DNA of 63,767 nucleotides, filler included, from Octopus bimaculoides (Eukaryota): assembly GCF_001194135.2 (NCBI RefSeq). It is 4 parts of 4 records of this genome, joined end to end, with 100 filler letters (N's around TTAATTAATTAA, not from the genome) between each part and the next. Parts side by side here need not be neighbours in the genome. Positions count along the whole stretch, not along the records: positions 1 to 16,121 come from NC_068999.1; 3 more parts are not named here. One strand, written 5' to 3'. Below the pieces are notes generated by a model. That model saw only the letters and a program-made list of their open reading frames with translations. It did no database searches and was not told where the DNA came from. The position numbers were made by a program, and so were the translations under genes. The stretch's first letter is position 1; each line of letters starts with the position of its first letter. This document shows, in pieces, positions 1-14,637 of the stretch.

Positions 1-34
<34 letters not shown>

Positions 35-507
35 GCATACATGTAAATAAAGAGAAAGCAAACGCTGAAAATTTTCAGTCGATGAATATTTAAGTATAAA
101 TAAACAGATATATATATATTAACATAGCAAAGAGACACAAAGTTCAAAGAAAGAGATAAATATAAGAGGAGAAGTTATGGTATTACACATAACGCTGCTG
201 TTTCTGAGATCTCGTAGCTATTTCATAATACTTGCAGAAGCAGTTCATAAAAAATATGCAACCAATAATGAAAGCAAATACACATAAGGTAGATACGACC
301 TCCGTCTTCAGGGTGGAGGGATACAAATCTAACCATATTGGTTTCTGCTCACCTAAATTCCTCTTAGCCATTCTTTACCCCGATGACTTGGTTCTCGGTA
401 GTAAAGTTTGAGAAAAATAAGTTCAAATGATTTGAGCGCTGTTAAGTGTTTTCTATATTAAACATCTCTGGATCTTACCTGTTGAGTCTCCCTCACTATC
501 TCTCCCC

Positions 508-538
<31 letters not shown>

Positions 539-906
539 GAGAGAGAGTTTATTTATATACATACATGCCCACACACACACACAAACACACACATACATAC
601 AGTTTGATTCAAATTGCGTGGTACTTAACGTTTCAAACCATAAGATGATGCGTATCATCGGCCATTGGAAATTCGAATAAAAAAAAAAAATCAGGTGCAG
701 AAAGAGCGATGTTCTTCCCGATAAATAGGCTGTAATTGTTCGGGAAAGGACACTTGAGTGTCACAGTTTGATGTTGGTACTTAAACGACAATTATTACTC
801 GGAAAATAATCCATAGTGAACAGGAGATCGGCTGCGTGGCTGGAGAGGAATTAGACAGATGTGTGACAATACATCTATGGTTATAAATAAGCATATGAAC
901 GTGTAT

Positions 907-1000
<94 letters not shown>

Positions 1001-1329
1001 GTGGATGCGTGTGTGTATTTGCAATGTATATAAAAGATCTATAAGATTGTATAGATATGTGCACGCGCACAAGGGTGTGTGTGTCGCCTTAAGATTATGT
1101 GTCACCTTTTATGTGTCCCCTTCAGATCCATACAGAAATACAGTTTGTAGTCATGATTGGTTCTCTCATATTTTAACTTTCAAATGAAGGCCTTGTATCA
1201 CCCATATACTTTTGTTTAATTTTCAAAATGCTAAATTGATATCTGTAATTCTCTGATTTATTTTCGAATCAAGCGGTCCAACATTATTGATTATACTTCG
1301 AAGATACCTTAATGCTGGGCTAACATGAA

Positions 1330-1900
1330 CTTCTCCTGAAGGAGAAATAGACATTAGTTTGGTACTGTGGAGGTTAGTGATCAGGTCAAAATCGCAACAA
1401 GACCTCAAAAATGATTTACTAGGATCTTCAAGTTTCATCGTGTGCAATGAGATCAGAATCATATGCATACAGCAGCCGGTTGTGAGCGTAATGAGATGAG
1501 TGTCTAGAATGAAATGCGTTAGACTTGTCATGGTATCTGTAGGGACGATGCCATTTGGCTCAGAGATTGTTCTGTGGAAAGATTTCAAATAAAAAAGAGG
1601 CCAAGTCATGATTAAAGAAGCGATTCAGTGATGTGGTTAAGGATAATTTGAAGATTCTGAACAAGGACATGAGAAACTGAAAATACTTTGCAAAGAACAG
1701 AACTGACTGACGTATTATAATAAAAGGATGGTTGCGAGAAGATTGAAGCAAAACGTATAGAACACACAGAGCTCAGGAGATCCTTGCGAAAGGGAGAAAT
1801 CAGAGAGATACTAGATTTCAATCCAGAATTTAGATGCAATGTATGTAAAAGAATATTGCTTTCTAGAGTTGATCGCGTCAATCACGAAAATCTCATGTGG
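1330..1900 (+). pseudogene. Decayed RTE/BovB-like LINE ORF2 C-terminus
   Basis: Manual translation across stops and frameshifts gives MR*TCHGICRDD..HLAQRLFCGKISNKKRP..KKRFSDVVKDNLKILNKDMRN*KYFAKNRTD*R followed by CNVCKRILLSRVDRVNHE. This matches the RTE pattern LRW.GHV.RM..RL.KRLFYG..KR..KRFKD.VK plus a terminal C2H2-like zinc finger. Confidence 0.75.
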
Positions 1901-4864
1901 TAAGTAAGGCAGAGTCTGGTTATGGTGGCGTTTTGCTGCAGAGGCTGGGTAAATATGTTTGGCATGCCTGTGGAAAATTTTACCGCCCTTAGAGTGGTTT
2001 GACCAGAGAAGATAATTTTCATCATCAAGATGATCAGGCTTGTAAAATGATTTTTTTAAATGTCATATTTATGAGAAAATGCACGTTAATATTATCTAGC
2101 AGAGTTCATACCTCGTAGAATTCAAGTTGTAATTACTGCCAAAGGCAGTCCTATCCCATATTAAAATAAATTTGTTTGAAATTTTAAGGTGTTTCCATTA
2201 TTTTGTCCAACCCCAGTATTTCTTTGGATATAGCACATGGACAACGGAATGGTCGATTTGTCAAGTGGATAATCCAAAATTTAGTTCCACCCTGCTTCAC
2301 ATTATCTTATCTCGTGTACCTGTAATTCACAACGCCAACATTGCCAAGCCATGTCACGCTCTTTTTTCTGCGTTAATGTTTCTGTAGCTATATGCCTAGT
2401 AGTTGGACGCTAACAAAATGTATAGGCCGTTCGCGTCTGTACTTTAGTTAGACATTGATTGTATGAAAAATATTACGAATAGTATCTATTCAAGGTTTTC
2501 TCCCCGTATGCGTCACTATACGTTGAATCTCCTCTACATTCTGGTTTCTAAAGATCAACATCGTAAACTACAGTATTCAGGATTGTGTGTGCTTTTGTGT
2601 ATACTGACGAACGCTCGTATACACACGTATACTCACATATATATATATATATACTTAGGGATATTATTTTTTTAATGTCTTTCGACAAGCACTTAGAATA
2701 TCTTTTCTGTGTGACATATTGTAATATGAGGCATATTCTAATATGCGACACATTCAAATATGTGTTGCTTTGGGTCTTGTATGTATGTGAGTATGCGTGT
2801 TACTACACATGTTATACTTGCTCTGCATTCTTTGAACGGCATCTTTTGAGTCTTTACTTATTTTAGGAGAAATATACTCTGAACTATATTATGGGATTTT
2901 CTCGCATGACAGTAATATGAGATTTAAGGGAGATTTAGTTACAATTTCTAGCAGGTGCTGTACATTTCAGCCATTGTCTTTATTTTAAAGGATATATACT
3001 GTGAGTAGTTCTTGTGAAATATATAACTTCATAAATCTATACACTCTTCTTTAGAGCTGAAACGTTTTAAAATTATATGTACTACGTAGGTCTCGATAAC
3101 TGTCATCTCAAATTGTCATTCATTATCTCATAAAAAAGGTAAATGTATATGTTGAAAATAGTCAATATGTTATGCTACAACGTTCAGTGTAGATCATACT
3201 GTTCCAAGCAGTGTATAAAATTAAATATTAAAGAATTATTTTGTCTAACTACGCAATAAATGAACGAAAGCGGAATAGTTTGTGCGCCATTTGTTTTCTA
3301 TTAAACATAATGTATCAGTTAATATATTATTTTACATGTTATACAGACTGGTACAGCGTGCAACCGAAAGAGTCACTTGTATTGCAAGAATGAACAGAGA
3401 ACTCATTTTAAAGAAAATCTTGTGGGACTGTCGTCGGTTAATATTGATTATGTGTATGCACATGTATATACCCAGGCTGGACAAAATGTTGTGAAGAAGA
3501 CCAGAGGCTGCCCAAGCGATGGTAGACTCCCAGCTCTACACCAGCAATATTTAGCGAAGTAAGGAGCCACGGACATGGGCCAATATGGCTTGGGTGTTGT
3601 GTTCCAATATGTTGCTGTCAAAACTCAAAGAGCGAGAATAGATAATGGAAGGATTGCTTTCGATTCTTTGCGGGTTTGGGAACTGATAGAATACCTCACC
3701 CGACACTCTGGGTTGACCCCTGAAGGATGAAAGGATGAATGTAACCTTCTCAGTTACAGTATACCTAGGGTTAAACCGAAACAACACGTTCTAATACATT
3801 TTTATCTACCTCCTAAATATGAATACTCTGAGTAGTATTAATTAAGATACGTCGTTGCTTATCAAAATTACAAAGAGAATCAGAGATAGGGAGAGAGATA
3901 GACCGACAAGAAAAAAGAGAAAATGAGAGAGGAGAGAAATAGAACTCTCATTATATTTACAATAAGTTAGTATCATTTCTGAAAGAAGACATAAATATTT
4001 GAATTATATAGAAAGTTTAATATATCAATAGAATGTAATGGAGTCAATAGAGTTATATCGTTGTTCAATTCATTTACACTGAAGTCGTAGTTGTAGATAA
4101 CAGCAACAGTACAATCTTTTAATATGTTATTAAAATATGTTTCGAGAGCACTTTAAATTCCCGGTTGTGAGAATTTATCTTCCTTTGCGTTTTTCCTGTG
4201 ATACCCGGTCGTAATTAATACACGATATAAGAATGCTATACTCTCCAGGCTGACAAGATTCTCTACTGTACAAGAAAAGAAATTGTATAACAGATAAGTC
4301 AATAATTAAAGATGGCATTTTCACTTCATTATTAACGGTGTGGCTAGGAATTTGGCCTGATTATAAAACAGAACGCATAATTAGATGAATATCGGTCTGT
4401 AATTTCTTCCGTCTACGTTATCTGTTCAAATCCCCGTGATACTATATTCATATTTCATCCATATGGAAGCGCTGAAACATGTACCAGACTTGCTCCTGCA
4501 TCGATTCAATCAATTATACATCTCCCCTAAGGTGGTGAGTAATAACAAGAGTAAGAACAAGTATTAAAAAAAAGTCTTGAAGTAATCGTTCCAACTCACT
4601 GTGCAGTGAGTTCAATTGCTATGCTGCCGACATCGAACTTAGGTTTCATCTCGGAAAAGGTAAATACAGATTTATTAAAGTGCCCCCTTCGATTTACCGC
4701 ACTATCTCTCCCTTGTCTATCTATTTCTGCCTGTCTATAAATTTATCCCTCTCTGTATCTACATAGCAAACTCTCTCCCATCTCCGCCTCTCTCCTTCCT
4801 CTCTCTCCTTCCTCTCTCTCTTTTCCTCTGTATTTATCTTTTGTTTGTATGTGTAAATTGTTTG

Positions 4865-5385
4865 GTACGGTTGTGAAACAACGTCACGACAATAAGGCCC
4901 GTGTGTATGGAATACTCAGACTCTTACGCGATAATACATAGTCGCAAAACTTCGGAACTGTCTGAAGCCCTTGGAGTCTCCTAAATTCGTGTGGTACCAG
5001 GACGCTTCACAAGATTATGGTTTACTATTGGTCGGATTTCGTATCCAACCAAGGACTGTACATAGAAACTGGAATGCGTCCTGTTAATCGTATGATGCGG
5101 GAGCAACAGCTCAGATCGTTTTGTCATGTTGCATGATTTTCGGAGTTGAATCCGGTGAGTCGTGTTCTCCTCTCTGACGATCCGGCTGTGATGACCGCTC
5201 GATATTGTTTGCCACATGTCTCATGGCTACGGTGGATGACGAAATATCTCGCTGAGATGGTGACTGACAGGGATACAACTCAGAGTATTACCAAGGATGA
5301 CTCGAGAAAATACCAACAAATGGTGGATGCAGCAACGGGTTATAGCAGCGCAAATCCCTATGCCTGATCTGATATGATCTATTTC
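4865..5385 (+). pseudogene. RTE-clade LINE 3' fragment (end of RT and C-terminal domain)
   Basis: YGCET at about 4866, then KIMVYYWSDFVSNQGLYIETGMRPVNRMMREQQLRSFCHVA*FSELNPVSRVLL, continuing into ORF 5146-5367 (..PHVSWLRWM..MVDAAT), and ending in a short TGATC-like tail. Confidence 0.8.
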
Positions 5386-5469
5386 TGTTAGGCGAATGAT
5401 CGGATATCTATCGGAATAGCCAAACCGGATGAAAAGAAAGCACAGTTCCATTTGAATACAATTTTTTAA

Positions 5470-5685
5470 TTCTTTAATCTGTTTCAGTCATTTAGCTGCG
5501 GTCATGCTGAAGCACTGCCTTTAGGCCACGAAATCGACCCCAAGACTTATTTTTTGCAAGTCTATTACTTATTCTATCGGTCTATTTTGCCGAACCGCTA
5601 ATTTACGGGGACGTAAACACACCAACAACAGTTGTCACACGATGTTGGGAGGACAAACACAGACACAAATACATACACACACACG

Positions 5686-5748
<63 letters not shown>

Positions 5749-5900
5749 GACGGGCTTCTTTCAGTTTCCGTCCACCAAATCCACACAAAAGGCTTTGGTT
5801 GACCCGAGGCTATAGTAGAAGATACTTGCCCAAGGTTCCACGCAGTGGGACTCAACCCAGAACCATGTAGTGGGGAAGCAAGCTTCTTATCACACAGCCA
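5470..5900 (-). mobile_element. SINE family A (tRNA-derived head, internal TA/TG microsatellite), near full length
   Basis: The reverse complement matches the copies at 39291 and 60337 (ggttcagtcccactgcgtgg..ttgggcaagtgtcttctactatagcc..gaagcccgtcgtata..aaatgactgaaac). Confidence 0.85.
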
Positions 5901-6743
5901 AAATTAAGTGCTTGTTATTGGTTTTACATTAAGTATATTCACTTTCATAAATCAGTGTATTCTACTAAAGGATAAATTAATATTATAATCTGTTCTCAAC
6001 ATTTCTATACCTAACTGTCATATTCTTGCCTATCAGAATATTTTTAATATAAAATATTAAGTGGCGTTTATAGACTCCATATGTATATAAAAAAAAAAAG
6101 AAATGCTACATAAGCCTCCATAAAAAATGTTGGTTTCGTTGTTACGTGGAAAGTATTTACCCACTCGAGATTAGAAGTCCAAAACTTGCCATAGGAGTAG
6201 TCAATCTTAGTTTCAGTCTAACACAAAAAAGCTATGTATCATTACATTATTTAGGTTTGTAAGCACGAATTAAAGATAAATACGACGTTTCATAACAAGC
6301 AAGGTTCAGGGAGTTTTAACATATCAACATTTTATATGTTCAATTGATGTATTATTGTTTTCATATAAGGAAAATCGCATTAAAGGAAATGATTGTACTA
6401 TCGACACACGTTAGATCGACTAATAAAATAAGGGATACTTACTTTGTCACGAAAATCTCAGTCAAGAATGTGCTATTCGTGTCGCATTTGTATTGATGCA
6501 TAACGAAGGAGAGCTTATATAGATGCAAATGTAGTGATGGGGTTGAGAAGTGCGAGCTCACAACGACTTCATATAATTTCACAACTTCATATAATTTCAT
6601 TGCTCGTCACTGTGATTTGCGGACGTCCACTGTACGTAGGTGTGCGTTATTGCGTATGTATATGTGGTGGGGTAGACGGATAGATAGATGAAGAGAGACT
6701 GACAGACACACAGACAGACAGACACACAGGCAGACAGACAGAC

Positions 6744-6803
<60 letters not shown>

Positions 6804-6928
6804 TGAGAGATAGAGAGATTCTATATATCTGCTAGTGTGTGTTCTGTAATTGTATTTATCGGTGTAACCCGATATTTTGTTAATAGATGAAATACTGAGA
6901 TTTTTGAGACCTAGAGCGATGAAATAAG

Positions 6929-6984
6929 TGCCAGACTGAAGAAAGTGCTACGGATGATACAACCGCTTGAAATGTCTGAAGGCA
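6929..6984 (+). ncRNA. Degenerate minimal hammerhead-like motif (probable Penelope pLTR relic)
   Basis: CTGAAGA(6936-42)-AAGTG..CGCTT (stem II)-GAAAT-GTC. Stem I pairs only partly (tgcc/ggca). Confidence 0.35.
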
Positions 6985-7728
6985 GAGTCCAATCTTAACG
7001 TAGTCCATTGAATAAACCTAGAAATAAAAGAAACGGAAATATTGTAATCAATTAACTGAAATATTTCTTATAATGACTTAGAGAAATGCAACCGAATAGG
7101 CAATACGCGGAAATAAACGGAAATTATTTAAGAATTTTACCGAATATTATAGGCGTTAAAAATGAATAAACACGCTGAGGAAACAAATGGCTGTTCAAAT
7201 TAAACAGTAGTTTTATAACACGTTCCTTTATTGAAGTCCAGTTTTTGAGATTAGTGTAAGTTCCTACGTCCAAAATACCAGACACAACGAGATTACGAAT
7301 TGCATTGACATTTATCTTTCAGGTGAAAAATAAAGAAATATGTCATAGCGGTTAGATTAGAGGAGTCTTCAAGAAATATAGAGGAAATTTGATGGTGACG
7401 ATGATGTCTGAAACTAATTAGTTTAAATATTAGATAATCGTTATTTGTATGTAAGTAAAACTTAATTATGGCCATGTTTCAATCCATTAGTATTTAGCGG
7501 CAGAACATGGTACTGTAGACTAAAGCCAGCTAGAACAGTTGATAAAGTTACTTCGTTTAAAAAACAAGAAACCATTCAAAGTTTGCCAATCTCTCTCTCT
7601 GTCTCTGTGTGTCTCTCTCTCTCTATATATATATATATTTACATATNNNNNNNNNNNNNNNNNNNNNNNNNNNNNNNNNNNNNNNNNNNNNNNNNNNNNN
7701 NNNNNNNNNNNNNNNNNNNNNNNNNNNN

Positions 7729-7761
<33 letters not shown>

Positions 7762-8329
7762 CACACACATAATTAAAGATGTGATTTACTGTAGAAATAT
7801 TTTTGTTATATATATATATATAATATAATATAAGGATAACATCTTTATAAGAATTTATCAAGTAGTCAGCGTGAAAAACCTCATAAGGAAAAAAACCCAT
7901 CGTTTTTTTCCATAAATATATAATATAATTTATATAACGGTATTACTATACAGTAATGCCTCACGCTTTATAAGTCAAAACTACCAAAATAAGCACATAC
8001 CCTGATGTACCCAACACAGTACAATGACTTCTGTTCATCCTTATATATCCGTGAAAGAGGCGGGCTTTTCAAGTTGTAAGTCTTTTCAAACACGGATAAT
8101 CAAACAATCCATCTTGAAACAGGAGCTTCATAAACAGGACTTAACATCAATTCCAGACACTTTCTGCCTGAAAATCTTTATAACACCTGATATAGAGTCT
8201 GTTTGTCCAATCCTGAACTTGCTAATCGCTCAAGATTTCCTTACAGCACTTATTAATTGAAGAGAATGCCTGCTTCTGTAGAGAAGTAGCAATCACCAGA
8301 TAGGTATATCTACTTACATACTGACTTAC

Positions 8330-8417
<88 letters not shown>

Positions 8418-8425
8418 ATGTGCGT

Positions 8426-8461
<36 letters not shown>

Positions 8462-9744
8462 TGAAATAAAGGAAACAGTCCAATAGGACATTTGATATGT
8501 ATTTGAATAAATATGTGAAGTTGTTATAAACAGTTTGACGAAGACTCAAGTACCTTAACTGCAATTTTTCCTTTATTTGAAAGCAGAAAACAATTTAAGA
8601 CTGCATGAAGTATGCAGTACATCACTCCTAAACCTATTTCTCCAAATTCCTGGCATTGCTTTGAGTTATGTCCCTTCGCTCACATAATTTCTTACAATAA
8701 CACATTTTAAGTTATCGCAGGAAGAATTAATATTGCAATGGATGACAAAGGACTTAATTTAGAAAGTTTATAGTATTATTAGAAAGATTATAGTTTCCTG
8801 TTGGGGAAATTTACGCTGGAAATGTTGACATTTATGTCTGCCTCATGTTTCAGAGCATTCGAGGGTGATTATGGACTTAGATGAATTCTAATCAAATGGA
8901 CATTTCGTTTCGAAGAGACAACGCGAAATAAAGAAAGTTTATGATTTCCAGTTTTATTGGAATAACTTCTACATTGGCCATGCACTTGGAAACATACATT
9001 AGTCAATTCGGATACAATATCTAAACTTTATCACAGCAATATTAACTGACATTTATTTAATTTTCATTTACACTCCGAAATTGCGTAACACACTACCTTA
9101 ATATCAAGTGATGTGTCAACGTGAACTAGAGCAAAATCTAACGGTTATTATCGGCAATCTAAAATTCTGATGCTCAATGAACTCATACCACATCACTTTA
9201 TCTCTGTTCCTTGTCACCCTGCCAGTCTAGTAAGATAACTGTTCTCTCTCACTCTCTTTCTCTCTCTCCTCCCCTCTCTATCTGTCTCTCTCACATACAC
9301 GCGCCTGTCTCTCTCTCTCTCTCTTTCTTTCTGTCCCTCTCTCTTTCTCCGACTGTGCCTTCCATATTAGTAACCAACAGAAGTATGCATGTTCCTGTCC
9401 TCACACATACGTTATGTAAACACATGTATAAAGTAGCGCACTGAAAAACACACACACACACACACATACACACACAGAAAGACAGACATACAGACACACA
9501 CATACTTAGATATGAAGTATTTTGAACGAGTCAGTCATTTGCTAATTTCAGTTACGCTTGCGAGTGTTCAAGATCTTTAATGGAGACACGGCTTTGTGCT
9601 CCCAATGATAAGTCACAGAATAGCAAGAGACTATCACGACCAAAATAAAATATTTATTTCTACTGTGGAATCAAGCACACTTTCCCAACAGCCAACACGA
9701 AACGGATGTGTGTATGTGTGTGTGGAGAGAGAGAGAGAGAGAGT

Positions 9745-9812
<68 letters not shown>

Positions 9813-10963
9813 GCGAGAGAGAGAGAGAGAAATAGCGAGAGAGATAGAGAGAGATAGAGCGTTGTGTGTGTGAGAGAGAGCTTGCGTGTATAGGTGTGTG
9901 AATGTTTGAGAATAAATTAACTGCCAACATTTTCAAGGAAAGTAAAAAAATAAATATCATGCATTATAAGACATAGCAAAGCACACGATCGACAGAAATC
10001 AAACCACGTAGCACTGTCTTGCTTGGTGATGAGTTGTACGTGAGATCACCTGCTGGTCCTTATATCTCTGAAATTACGTATCTACATCTGACCTTTATGT
10101 TTTATGCTCGTTTATGTTGTTCTGTTTCAAGGTATTTCATTGGTTACTAAGAGTAGCACAACAAGTTAAATTCAATATATCTATAATGTATATAATACAT
10201 GCAAAATTCTACATAACAAGATACCTCGTCTTCCTTAGGTGTTTACAAAGTGAAATTATAACTTTATACATAAGTATTTATTAAAAAGGAATGCTAGCTG
10301 GTCCTTATAACCATTTAGAATAATATCAGATGTCGTTACATAGATACAAGTTATTTCTTTTTTATTTACTTTAATCTATTCATGGTGATTATGTAAAAAA
10401 AAATATGGAATCCATACGAATCTTAAAACAGAATATAGTTACTAAATTAAAACAAAGAAAAAGACAATAATTGTTCTTAAGTAACAACTAATAAGCGATA
10501 TACTATGGAAAACACTATAATATTATTAGAATGATCCATCAATCAATAGTAACTATTATAGGAGGAACGATGTTTGGAAAATATTATGAGGATTTCATGT
10601 AAAATTCTATATTATTAAAATGATCCATCAACCAACAGTAAGTATTATACGAGGAGCGTTCTACTTTCTATGATAATATTTTGATGTTTGAAATATACGT
10701 TTATTACAGTGGATAAACTAATGTCTAGTAATATTCCGAAAGTCCATTCCGAGTAAGTTTACTTATATCAAATATCATGGGGCTTCTAGAAACATAATCC
10801 TTACATTTTGGAAAATAAGATTCATTAAATTAAAAGATAAATGTCTCTCTTTCTACCCTTCTTCATCATTCATAAGCTGATAGAACAAAACTACAGCTAT
10901 TATTGGGTTAGGTTCTTCTTTCAGTTAGACGGAATCATGGTCCATATTTATCTACAAAGGTAG

Positions 10964-11440
10964 TTGCAGGTATGATTGTGCGGTTAGGAAGATCGCTTTG
11001 CAAACCTATGCCTTCTTGTATAGCATTTTCTAGTATGCCTTGTGTAAAAGTTTGGTTGACGGAAAGAGTGTGGATACCCATCATGTATGTATGTATGTAT
11101 GTATGTATGTTTGTATGTATAGGTGCATGTATTAATGTATGTAAGTGTGTGTGTGTGTGTGGATGTATTTCTACATGTGTGTGTGTGTGTTTGTATGTAT
11201 CTATATATGTATGAGTGTGCTTATGTGTGTCTTTTTCAGTGATCTTATAGCGCCGCTACAGCTTGACTGGTGTTTTTACGTCCCTATAGCATTAACATTT
11301 CGGCGAAAGTGACCATTAGAATAAATACCAGAGTGAAAATCATGAAATCAAGTACTGGTGCCCATTTGTTCCACAATAGCCCTTCAGCGTGGTGCCCCAT
11401 TATGGCCAGAGTCCAATAACTGATTCAAGTAAAAGATAGA
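10964..11440 (+). mobile_element. SINE family A, old degenerate copy
   Basis: Degenerate head, internal (TATG)/(TG) run, gtgtttttacgtccc motif and 3' tgattcaagtaaaaga tail. Confidence 0.65.
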
Positions 11441-13812
11441 TATTCGCTTGTTTCATGATGTCTCAGTTTTCTTTTCCATTTCCTGTTAGTAAACATACTT
11501 ATTTTCTTTTCAAATTGTTTCAACACGGAGCCAGGAGTCTCTGCCCGCGACCTTCATTTTCTCCCCAAGAATGGCGAGATCGATTTGGTTTTCTTCTTCA
11601 GCAACCACCTCCATTATTTGTGCATTATATAACGTAATAGCTGACTTGATAAAATGGTGCTGCGAAATGAGATACACAATGAAATCAATATACACTTCTT
11701 TTAATATGTTGCATATTTTTCTGGGTATTTAGACTCGATATGCATGTGCAGTTACTTCTACATATTGTTCTATTCATATTCGTTGCAGCTGCGTTAAGTT
11801 TCTTTATTATATATTACTTAGGTTTTAGAATAACGAACTAAGGAAACACTGGTAAATGTACACATAACATTTGTATATAATAATAAAGCGTGAGAACCTT
11901 TAACATCATTCTGTTGTCACTGCTTCCCTGTAAAATGTAATTTTTTCCGGCTTTCTGTTCATTTACAAGTTATTTCATTCTAGCTAATGTTCTCTACATG
12001 ATGAAATCTTAAAATCTAAATAAAAATTGCTCAATTTAAAAAGAGAATAACAGCTTACGTAATTACACCCTCTATGCACATTTCTTGCTCAATCCAAAGA
12101 TATATTCCGGGAACTTTTACTAAATACCACAGATTATATTTGAATATTAAGAATCTCAAATCTGTTTCTCACTCAACATAATGGCATTTCACCGCTTTCC
12201 TATAGTTTCAGTGTTGACATGAATCACTTGAATTTGCAAATACCGAAAGCATTAAAGAATGCATTACGAGCTGCACGCTGTCTTCTTTAAAACTGCCACA
12301 TAAAGAATTCTTCAATAAAAGCAAGCTCACAATGTGACAGAGAAAGCAAATATCTCACTTAATAGCTAGCAACAGGCGAAACAATGCAATTTATTACAAT
12401 ATTCCGCAATTCCCTTTGGCGGTATTTCGTCATAGCTTCATACTCGGCCATTTGATCAGATATAAAGACTTAATCTTCCAGAAAATTCCGACCCAGTATG
12501 TTCTCAGATGTTGACTATTAGCTCTTATCTCGAACGAACAGGATTTAATGGCTATTTGTCTTCATAGGAAAACTGGTGATTTCGGTGTTTCATAGTGAAA
12601 ACTAAGAGAAGTGGGAGGATATTCTACATGATGGAATAGATTTGCTTTGTCATATAGAAGAGAACAGCAAGCCAACTGGAACCGAAAGAAGAAAAAAAAA
12701 TACCCAAATGTTACTGAAGCAAGTGTTTAATAAGCTGCAACTGTGTTTTTGTAAATTGGGTCTTAGAGCATAAGGGAAAACAGGGAACAGAATAAAGAGA
12801 AATAATTATTATTTTGAGATGTCTGAAACAGCTTTCATTTCAAATGATGCAAAACAATAGAAGTAGAGAATGCATACATATTCGAAGGATTCGCCACTAT
12901 AGGTAATGCCTTCCTTTTCCCCCTAATCGTTCTGCATTCTCTTGTTTTAAGCTTCTTTTTCTCCATTTCCCCTTTCTTTGTATTAGTTTTCATTAATATT
13001 CTGCTATTTCTTTTACCTTTCTTTTTCTCATAATCGTCACCATGACCACTGTTTTAACTTAGAAGACCTACAAACCAGCACTAGCAACAGACTGCCAACA
13101 CCATCGCCATAAATACTACCGCTGCCACGACCACCATGTTTCCCATCATCATGCAATCTCCATAACTACCGCTATTGTGATCGTTTCTTGTCGACCTCTA
13201 CTAACACCATGCCATTCAATACAAACAACACCAACACATACATCATCACTACCACAACAACCGCCATCTATATTGAAAATCAATCACTCCCTTCATAAAG
13301 GTATTTATCGCCAATGAGGTAAGATACAATGAATTTCAATATCAGTGATATCTATGATACACCAGCGCCGTGAATTAAAGTAGACGAAATATATTGTCAT
13401 CACTGTGTCACTACCTAGCTGAATTATCTTAATTCACACCTAGGAGTTATTTCCCTTAGATGTCTCTATGCGAATTACTATTTGTCAAACATCTTCATAT
13501 CTCCTTATCTACATATCAATGTGTATTGTGAACGATCATTCCTGTTAGGAGATAATATGCTTTATTGACGGGCTTCAATTTGTCACAGGCACCAGATTTC
13601 TACCTATTATAAAAACAAAGAATTCTGCAAAACTGACGTTTATGAACATTCCTGTCAACTATTCTAAATACACTTTTCACTTTATACCATCAGAAAATAA
13701 ACAGACACGTATAGAGACACATGAATGTAATATATATTCATATATCTGTATATGTGTACAAACAAACACACACACACACATATACATGGAGATAGATACA
13801 TCGATATATATT

Positions 13813-13879
<67 letters not shown>

Positions 13880-13999
13880 GAGCGAGTGATCATCACGCAA
13901 AACCATCATCGAAAAAAATGCTGATGGTTTACAGGCGTTTCACTATAGATTAAATAACCAATGTTATTTTAACTTCGTGCAACTACGCACCGTCTGCCC

Positions 14000-14637
14000 T
14001 CGGCTGTTACACCTAAAGTACAACGGTGTAGTACGAGATCGTCGTTTCACGGAAAATAACCGAAAGCATGGAGCATAGACCATAGGCCAGTCTCAGCGCC
14101 ATTTGTAATAGCCTCAATGAAGTCTGGGTCGTGTTTGAAGTCAATGAAATCTGAGTCGTCACTCAACATGTCTTGAGTGATTTCCATGAGTAGTTGCCTT
14201 TCTTTAATTCCACTTCGTGAGCATTTCCTGGATTGTTACAAGACATTTTCCAAAACATTTTCGCCAAACCTCCACAATCGGCTCCTCTTTTCGGCTTGTG
14301 GATTGATGGCCTACCAAGGCCTGACGCGCTCTCCATTGCGGATCGGCCATATTTGAAGAGGTTCTACCACTCCTTGATCTGAGTTTTTCCCATGGTATCA
14401 TCGCCAAAGGCCTGCTGAATCGTCTGCATATTTTGAGCTTGAGTATTGCTAATTGCTGAGCAAAACTTAATGCATTAACCTTGCTCAATGCGTTCGGTGA
14501 AAACATCCGATGAGCGCGCAATACGCATCTGTACTCTAAGTGTAACAGCCGGTTACTGACAAGCCCTAGAGGTGCGAAGTTTGTCACACGTACACAGGAA
14601 AGGTGGTGTACCTCTTAGCCAAAAGTTTGTACCCTCG
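14000..14637 (-). mobile_element. Mariner-family DNA transposon 5' remnant
   Basis: The minus-strand terminus TA-cgagggtacaaactttt at 14639-14621 resembles a mariner TIR and is followed by a transposase N-terminus. Confidence 0.75.
14190..14500 (-). pseudogene. Mariner transposase N-terminal HTH region, disrupted
   Basis: Manual translation TERIEQG*CIKFCSAISNTQAQNMQTIQQAFGDDTMGKTQIKEW*NLFKYGRSAMESASGLGRPS, then a frameshift to STSRKEEPIVEV..VTIQEM (ORF 14204-14587). This matches the mariner motif EQR.CIKFC..AFG..M..W..RFK.GR..GRPSTS. Confidence 0.85.

Noticed and set aside
795-1105. YI/VC/HT-repeat ORFs here and throughout the window
   Set aside because: They are translations of (TA)n, (TG)n and (CA)n microsatellites and are open in several frames on both strands.
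8024-8260. 78-aa ORF with faint hAT-like HPYISVKEAGF
   Set aside because: Similarity is limited to a few residues and there are no TIRs.
12430-12700. Possible LINE 3' end
   Set aside because: The translation gave no motif I could assign to a clade.
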